Position numbers and translations under genes: made by a program. Below, piece by piece: positions 57,806 to 64,000 of a DNA stretch of 64,000 nucleotides. The notes under the pieces were generated by a model. The model saw only the letters and a program-made list of their open reading frames with translations. It ran no database searches and was not told the DNA's origin. The DNA comes from Corallochytrium limacisporum Hawaii (lineage: Eukaryota; Protista; Pluriformea): NCBI GenBank assembly GCA_002811645.1, contig PDIP01000108.1, positions 45,360 through 109,359 on the forward strand. The letters run 5' to 3'. Every line of letters begins with the position of its first letter. Positions within the stretch are counted from its first letter, which is position 1.

Positions 57806-58135
57806 GTTTACCGACTACTTAAACCTTGGAATTGACTTCCTCAGCGTGTATATTAGGGTTGGACATCATGCTGTGTCACAGGTCTAGTCCGGATCTACCC
57901 TCCACAATTCATCGTGACGTGTCAAGTAGCCTTTTTCCATGAAAAAACATTACTATCAATGCTTTAACGCCAAGTGAGAACATGATCGCCGACATTTTCC
58001 TACTTTATACCTTTGCGGGATTGGTGGTTCCTTGCTCGGCGTGTCGAAAGAGCCAACTCATTCGTTCGGCCCCTTCCAGAGCTAAAGGTCGGGACGGACA
58101 GGGGGATGGGAAACGACTAAGTTGCCCCCCCCCCC

Positions 58136-58251
58136 NNNNNNNNNNNNNNNNNNNNNNNNNNNNNNNNNNNNNNNNNNNNNNNNNNNNNNNNNNNNNNNNN
58201 NNNNNNNNNNNNNNNNNNNNNNNNNNNNNNNNNNNNNNNNNNNNNNNNNNN
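58136..58251. other. Assembly gap flanked by poly-C
   Basis: Run of N. Confidence 0.99.
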
Positions 58252-58385
58252 CCCCCCCCCGGGAGGGTTCGGCGGGGACGCGGGGAAACACACACAAGAC
58301 CGAAATACACACAAATCTTGGCAGCGAAAATCGGCGAAAAATTCTGAGAACTACAGGGAGTATATTGTGAGCGGCGAAGAGACGG

Positions 58386-58768
58386 GTAATTCACGAGAAA
58401 CATTTGGAGGAGCTGGACATAATACATTTTGTACCGAATAACTTACTGTGTCATAGTTGGATACTAAATGGCCCGGGAACATCACAATCGCAGTACATTT
58501 CTATATCCATGGGCCTGACGGCACTGCGGGCACTCGGGGACCAAGTTGGCTTCACCATAGGAAGTGACTTGCGTCCAGTACATCTGCCATAGTTTGCACG
58601 TCCCACACTAGGCCCAAAGCCATCTGCTCTGCACAAGGTTGCGTTGAATGCCAATAGTTGGCTCGTGATACTATCCACTTAGCGAACACCATAATACTTT
58701 ACATAGCTCAGCGTAATAATATTATTGAAGTTATTTAAGAGCTTCCAGATATCTAACACTAATGTTAG
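58386..58768 (+). other. Putative 5'UTR intron upstream of RPL23A
   Basis: GG|GTAATT ... TCTAAC-ACTAAT-GTTAG|. The interval contains upstream ATGs that splicing would remove. Confidence 0.45.
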
Positions 58769-58826
58769 TTGGAAGATCAGTACTCTTTGGGATTATAGTT
58801 TACTAAGTTTCAACGAATCATTCACA

Positions 58827-59291
58827 ATGGCAGGAGACAAGCCAGTTCTGACACGGGGTAAGGAGAAGGCCCGCCAGGCTGCCGAGAAGGCTAAGAAGGC
58901 CGTGGCTAAGGGAACCCGGGAAACCCAGAAGCGTAAGATCCGCACTAGCGCCACCTTCCACCGGCCCACTACTCTGCGTCTGGCCCGCAAGCCCCGCTAC
59001 AGCCGCAAGAGCGCCCCTGCTCCCACGAAGATGGACCCTTACTCCATCATTAAGTTCCCCTTGACCACTGAGCCCGCTATGCGCAAGATTGAGGAGAACA
59101 ACACTCTGGTTTTCGTCTGCGACGTCCGCGCCAACAAGCGCCAGATTGAGGCTGCTGCCAACACCTTGTACAACATCAAGGCCGCCAGGATCAACACTCT
59201 GGTCCGCCCCGACGGTACCAAGAAGGCATACATTCGCCTCGACAAAGGCACTGAGGCTCTGGCTGTTGCCAACACTATCGGTATCATCTAA
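58827..59291 (+). CDS. RPL23A: 60S ribosomal protein uL23 (L23a/L25)
   Basis: [41 protein letters not shown] and [19 protein letters not shown] is at 58827; codon bias is strong. Confidence 0.98.
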   Translation: MAGDKPVLTRGKEKARQAAEKAKKAVAKGTRETQKRKIRTSATFHRPTTLRLARKPRYSRKSAPAPTKMDPYSIIKFPLTTEPAMRKIEENNTLVFVCDVRANKRQIEAAANTLYNIKAARINTLVRPDGTKKAYIRLDKGTEALAVANTIGII

Positions 59292-59765
59292 TTTTATTGG
59301 CTTAGATTGTATCACACGGGACCCTTTACATTTTGCATATTTCCATAATGGCATAGTGTTCACACAAGAATTAGAGCAGAACACGGGCTTGTTGACTTCA
59401 CTCCATTGAACGATAACAATCCGTGGTTTACGGGGGACAACGCAGAGTTTGATTCAGACGTTGCAATGGTATAGTTCTGCAGTAACACAGAATGTTGTGC
59501 TAGTGCGCTGCACCTGCGGGTTCCCTGGTCAGTGGTTTGGTCCCGTGTAGTATGGGACTGAATGTGCACCTGCAACACCTGACATCCCCCCGTGAGCATT
59601 AATCAAAACCAAACACATGTTTTTAGCATCGTAACGTACGTTTTATAAAGATATACAAAAATCTGTTTTTAACAAGAGCTCCTGACAGTGTGATATCAGT
59701 TTTCGAAGTATTGTCATGCAAAGTAGTTTTCATACAGTCTCTAATGTGCTTCATTGTGATGCGGT

Positions 59766-62700
59766 CTACATGAACTGTGAAAGGAATGCAAGGGAGTCTT
59801 CATTGTTCAGCTGCATCTGACTCTTCATGTCATAGTGCTTCAGCAGAATCTGTTCAAAGGTGCACAGAATGGTACATACCGTCTGTTGACCAGCCACTTG
59901 CTTTGCGGCGTCGGTATAGGCATGTGTGAGCTCAATCTGTGCCTGGCTGTCGTCGCAAGTGATCTCAACAGTGGGGGTACGCTGAGGATAGTTTTGCGGA
60001 ATCTTCAGCACGAGCACGGGCCGCTGGTGAGGATTCAGCAGCGCAGCAAGCTCAGCATTGCCATCGTCGGCTTGGACAATGCCCATTTTCTGTAGACGGG
60101 GACTGCAGTAAAGTTCAAGGCCATCGTTGGGCCCGGTGCGCGCCTGAATTTCATATTTACTGTCCATGCCCTGGGCTTCGGCGAGGACCTGCTGACGCAG
60201 AGCATTGCGTTCTGCGACTTCAGGTGTGTTTTCTACGGTGGAGGGCACTTCTTCAGCCGGCGAATCAGTCTCGGTCGGGGTTCCATTACCGTCAATAAGA
60301 CGGCGCTTTTTTGCCTTTTGGCCGTTGCCTCCGTTCTGGCTCATGCGACGAACTCCGTTAGTGCCCTCCATGTCCGGGGTGTCTGGCAGAGCGTTTCGCA
60401 CAGTGTTCGAGAAGATATCCTGGCGCTGTGTGTTGTCCTGGAAGTACTCGCACAGCATCTTGAATGCGTCAGCTGGATCTTTCTGATCTTTCAGCACATC
60501 TGGCACAGCGGAAGTCGGTGCCGGAGACACCATGGGTGCGGCTTGTGGTGTGGACGCACTCTGGGCAGCGTAGTGCTTGGACAGAATAGTTTCGAACTTT
60601 TGCAGTTCGGCCAATGTTGTAGTTGCCGGGTCCTTGTCGTCAGGCTTCGCAAGTAGCCAGCGCTTGAGCTGCTCAAGATGAGCGTAGGACTTCTTCGCAA
60701 GAATGCGATTGATTAGTCCGAGGTATTTTCCGTGCATATGAGTCACCTTGTCCCAGTACTCCTTAGTCATGGGTGCCTTGGCGTGACCCGCTGCGGCATC
60801 ACCGGCCCCGGCCACAGCGGCACCGGCAGGGGCGCCGGCAGCGTCAGCACCAATCTTTGCCAGCGAGGGGCTCACGGCGCTGTGTGCACTAGCATCGGCT
60901 CCGGGTGCGGTCAGGTCTACGTGGTCCTTGTTCTGGGACGCATGCGGTCCAGCCGATCCTGGGCCGTGGGGTGTGGACGGACCAGCCAAGCCAGGAGAAG
61001 ATTGGGCTGCAGTGGCAGCTGCCTCCGCCGCAATGGCCGCCGCGTTTACCTTGACCGGGGGTTGGGCGAGACCGGCATTGACAAGCCTGCCATTCTTCTT
61101 CTCGTCGGGCAGCCCAGCCACGCCAAGGCCACCGTTGTTGGCCTCGATTCCTCCGCCAACTGCTGCGCTGGTGGCAGCCAATACCTTCTGTTGCTGCATA
61201 ATCTCTTGCTGTCTCTGTTGAATCATTGTCATCTGCTGTTGCATTTGCGCCTTCATTTCGTCAGACACCTTGCTGCCTTGTTCGGTCAACAACTTGATCT
61301 GGCTTTGGCGCATTTCCATGAGCTTCTGCTGCTGCATTTGCAACTGTTGTTGACGAGCAAATATTTGCTTCGGGCTCAGGTTTGCCACCGTACCAGGAGA
61401 ATCCATGTGGAGCGGCGACGGAGCACTGAAACCGCCCATGCCAGGCATGCCCGGAGGCATCCTGGAAGGATCTTGTCCTGTCAGAGAGGCTTTGCGAACA
61501 GCAGCGGCCTGCGCATGCTGTGCCTGTTGGCGTGCAGCCATTTGTGCTTGCTGTTGCTGGGCCAATGCGGCCTGTTTTTGCTTCTCTAGCAGCAGCATTT
61601 GCTGTGCCTTCATCTGTCTGCTTTGTGCATCTTGACCACCGAGTACAGGAGATCCTACACCCTGGCCAGCCTGTTGTTGCCGGGCAGCTTGCTGTTGTGC
61701 CAGCTGCATGCGCCGCTGGGCCTGTAACTGTTGCATCTTTCGCAATTCTTCCATGTTCTTGGCATTGCCTTGCAATCCAGCAACGGCTGCAGCTGGGCCA
61801 CCAAGACCGCCAGGACCCATGCCTCCGGGACCGAGCTCTTTCGCAGCTTCACGCTGTCTCAGGGTCTGCACCAAATTCTGTGCAAACCGCTTCACCTCAT
61901 CTGGGTGCTTCAGCACTTCTAACCGCTGGACGAAACGAGCAGCTTCTGTAGGGTCTTGCACATTGCTCTGAATCCAGCTTCTTAAACGGTTGATCTGATC
62001 CTGCAGGGAGCGGCGCTGTTCTGCATCCGCTGCAGCTGCTGCACCACTGAGTCCAGGTGCACCAGCAAGGCCTTTGGCCTTGTCCTGTGCTCCCAGACCA
62101 CCAAACTGATTGGCTTGTTGCTGCTGTTGCTGCTGCATCAACCTCGAAAGGTCGGGACGGTTTGCAGCACCACCTAGTCCTTGTCCTCCCATACGGTTGC
62201 GACGTTCGAGCTCTTCTTTACCAATGCGCACCAGACGCTCAATGCCGACAGTGTTGTTGACTCCACTAAGTGTAGCCTTGAGACGGGGCCCAATGGTCGG
62301 GTCCTTGAGCAAATCTGTTCCAATCAAGAGATACTCCTTCAACACGTTTCGTTCCATTCCCGTCCGTGCGGCAATGTCATCAAGGATTTGCGACGTCTTG
62401 GCTTCGGGTGCGGCTTGTCGGGCTCCCATAGCTGCAGCAACGCCAAAGTTGGCGCCAGGTCCACCGGGTCCACCGAGACCGCCGGGACCTCTAGCACCTA
62501 GTCCTCCCATGCCACCAAGGGCGGTTGCACCACCAAGGCCACCAAGGCCGCCGAGGCCGCTCTGTGCTCCAGCAGCACCCCGAACTTGATCATTACCCAG
62601 GCCACCGAGTCCACCGAGGCCCCCTCTGCCAGCTCCAGCGACTGGCGTCTGGCGGTCTAACCCGCCAAGGGCGCCTAGGCCGAGGTTACCACCTCCGAGT

Positions 62701-63266
62701 CCACCGGCGGCACCGGGCCCGCCCAGGCCGCCAAGGGCTGCTGCTTGTCTCTGTGCCAACAGGTTCTTATCCAAACCAGGGGCACCGGCTCCGGCCAGTC
62801 CGGCTCGGGCTTGCTGTTGCAGTTGCTGTTGGCGCAAAAGGGCCATTGAGTCTGCGCCACCGAGTCCACTGGGGCCTGCGTCACGTAGACCTAGACCACC
62901 CAGACCTCCAGGAGCCTCACGACCAAAGGCTGTAGGTCCTCCGGGGCCACCGGCACCGCCGAATCCCCCAGGCCCATCACCGAAGCCACGGGCACCAGGA
63001 GTAACCAAACCACCAAGGCCACCAGGTGCGCCTTGGTTGTTGCCGACGCCGCCAAAGGCAGCACCACCCTGTTGCTTCAAAATCTCATGGGCCTTCTGGA
63101 TTTCTGTCTTGCATGCCTTAAAGTATCCGTCAGAGTCGTTGGGAAACTGCCGGAAAGCATTCTCCTCGATCTCGTGCAACAACTGTGTCATGCGAGGGTT
63201 GGTTCCAAATTTTTTGGATAAAGTTTCAAGCACTTTGGCCCGAGTCTCGTTCGAGACTTTCATCAT
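59766..63266 (-). CDS. MED15: Mediator subunit MED15-like
   Basis: N-terminal KIX-like helices (EIEENAF...YF), Gly/Gln-rich low-complexity middle, EYWDKVTHMHGKYL block and C-terminal PVLVLKIPQNYP (Med15_C-like). Confidence 0.72.
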   Translation of the reverse strand: MMKVSNETRAKVLETLSKKFGTNPRMTQLLHEIEENAFRQFPNDSDGYFKACKTEIQKAHEILKQQGGAAFGGVGNNQGAPGGLGGLVTPGARGFGDGPGGFGGAGGPGGPTAFGREAPGGLGGLGLRDAGPSGLGGADSMALLRQQQLQQQARAGLAGAGAPGLDKNLLAQRQAAALGGLGGPGAAGGLGGGNLGLGALGGLDRQTPVAGAGRGGLGGLGGLGNDQVRGAAGAQSGLGGLGGLGGATALGGMGGLGARGPGGLGGPGGPGANFGVAAAMGARQAAPEAKTSQILDDIAARTGMERNVLKEYLLIGTDLLKDPTIGPRLKATLSGVNNTVGIERLVRIGKEELERRNRMGGQGLGGAANRPDLSRLMQQQQQQQANQFGGLGAQDKAKGLAGAPGLSGAAAAADAEQRRSLQDQINRLRSWIQSNVQDPTEAARFVQRLEVLKHPDEVKRFAQNLVQTLRQREAAKELGPGGMGPGGLGGPAAAVAGLQGNAKNMEELRKMQQLQAQRRMQLAQQQAARQQQAGQGVGSPVLGGQDAQSRQMKAQQMLLLEKQKQAALAQQQQAQMAARQQAQHAQAAAVRKASLTGQDPSRMPPGMPGMGGFSAPSPLHMDSPGTVANLSPKQIFARQQQLQMQQQKLMEMRQSQIKLLTEQGSKVSDEMKAQMQQQMTMIQQRQQEIMQQQKVLAATSAAVGGGIEANNGGLGVAGLPDEKKNGRLVNAGLAQPPVKVNAAAIAAEAAATAAQSSPGLAGPSTPHGPGSAGPHASQNKDHVDLTAPGADASAHSAVSPSLAKIGADAAGAPAGAAVAGAGDAAAGHAKAPMTKEYWDKVTHMHGKYLGLINRILAKKSYAHLEQLKRWLLAKPDDKDPATTTLAELQKFETILSKHYAAQSASTPQAAPMVSPAPTSAVPDVLKDQKDPADAFKMLCEYFQDNTQRQDIFSNTVRNALPDTPDMEGTNGVRRMSQNGGNGQKAKKRRLIDGNGTPTETDSPAEEVPSTVENTPEVAERNALRQQVLAEAQGMDSKYEIQARTGPNDGLELYCSPRLQKMGIVQADDGNAELAALLNPHQRPVLVLKIPQNYPQRTPTVEITCDDSQAQIELTHAYTDAAKQVAGQQTVCTILCTFEQILLKHYDMKSQMQLNNEDSLAFLSQFM

Positions 63267-63898
63267 TCTTTACCTGTCTACTGTTTTGTGATTCTGCATA
63301 GTTTGGGTTCCCTTTCCTATTTCTATTTCAAAGCTATCCTATACCGTCATGGCCTTTATGACCACAATATACATGCTATGCATTCACGGTGCGTACCTTA
63401 AAATAGGTCCTTTGGTCGTCCAAAGATCCTAGACAACAACTGAACAAGAGGATGCGAATCAGGAATCGAACACCTTCGGTCGGGGATATCAAACGTGACA
63501 GCAAAGAAATATAATCCCAATCTTTCCGCGCAAAACACTAATCAGCCATATTTCCACACGAACGAATTTCGCGCACAGAGCACAAAAGAAACAGGGGAGC
63601 AAAGCAGCCAACGAAAAAGAGTGCTGGTGGTGTTTGTGCGTTGGTGATTTGATTGTTCTCGCGGGAGTGGTGCCTGGGCCGAAAGTAGGGAAGAGAGCAC
63701 CAAACAAGCCGTGCGTTTGATCTCCGCCTCCCCTCTCGATCCCCTCGCTCCCGTTTTCTTCCACGCCTCGTCAACTCTTCCGAAAACATCAATATATTAT
63801 GTATAAAAAATGATCCCAGTTGGGATGAGATTCCCTCGGGGGCATTGGGGAGAAGGGGGGGGGCCACCAGCGACCAGACTTCACAAACTGCGGAAGCG

Positions 63899-63960
63899 AG
63901 GAGAGCGAGAGAGAGAGAGAGAGACCGAGAAAGAGAGACAGACAGACAGAGATACAGAGA
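63899..63960. repeat. (GA)n/(GACA)n microsatellite in the MED15 upstream region
   Basis: Read directly from the sequence. Confidence 0.85.
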
Positions 63961-64000
63961 TTGGGGACCCCAGAGTGGAGGGAAGTGGCCCCCGCCCCCC

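Noticed and set aside
31457-59291. Cytosolic and mitochondrial uL23 genes in one window
   Set aside because: Ancient homologues 26 kb apart with no local similarity; coincidence.

Overview
Eukaryotic nuclear DNA with 18 complete protein-coding genes plus the 5' end of a 19th (ARL5-like, running off the left edge and absent from the ORF track). Every recognisable CDS is one uninterrupted ORF, including a 5.6-kb FIG4 and a 4.9-kb VPS8. Gene order: ARL5 (part), RIO1, RecQ, gamma-tubulin, SIRT4-like, a 96-aa Phactr/Bni4-type PP1-binding microprotein, LCAT/PLA2G15-like, LTO1, 6PGD, OSGIN-like, uL23m, bacterial-type PssA, ADCK, RUS1/DUF647, PAQR, CHCHD5/Mix14, an NCS-type EF-hand protein, FIG4, VPS8, RPL23A and MED15 (20 complete genes if every call is accepted; the microprotein and MED15 are the least certain). 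Animal-like genes, a bacterial/fungal-type PS synthase and intron-free CDSs suggest an intron-poor unicellular holozoan such as Corallochytrium (inference only). Convergent spacers are short and plain. Promoter-side spacers carry C-run/G-run tracts and microsatellites, and all three assembly gaps fall in them. Main leads: (1) branch-point/acceptor signals clustered just upstream of start codons, pointing to 5'UTR-only introns or trans-splicing; (2) a stand-alone PP1 cofactor downstream of a 7.4-kb gene-free region; (3) a PssA that looks alphaproteobacterial; (4) candidate structured RNAs beside RPL23A and CHCHD5; (5) a palindromic double E2F site between RecQ and gamma-tubulin. No tRNA, rRNA, CRISPR array or transposon was recognised.
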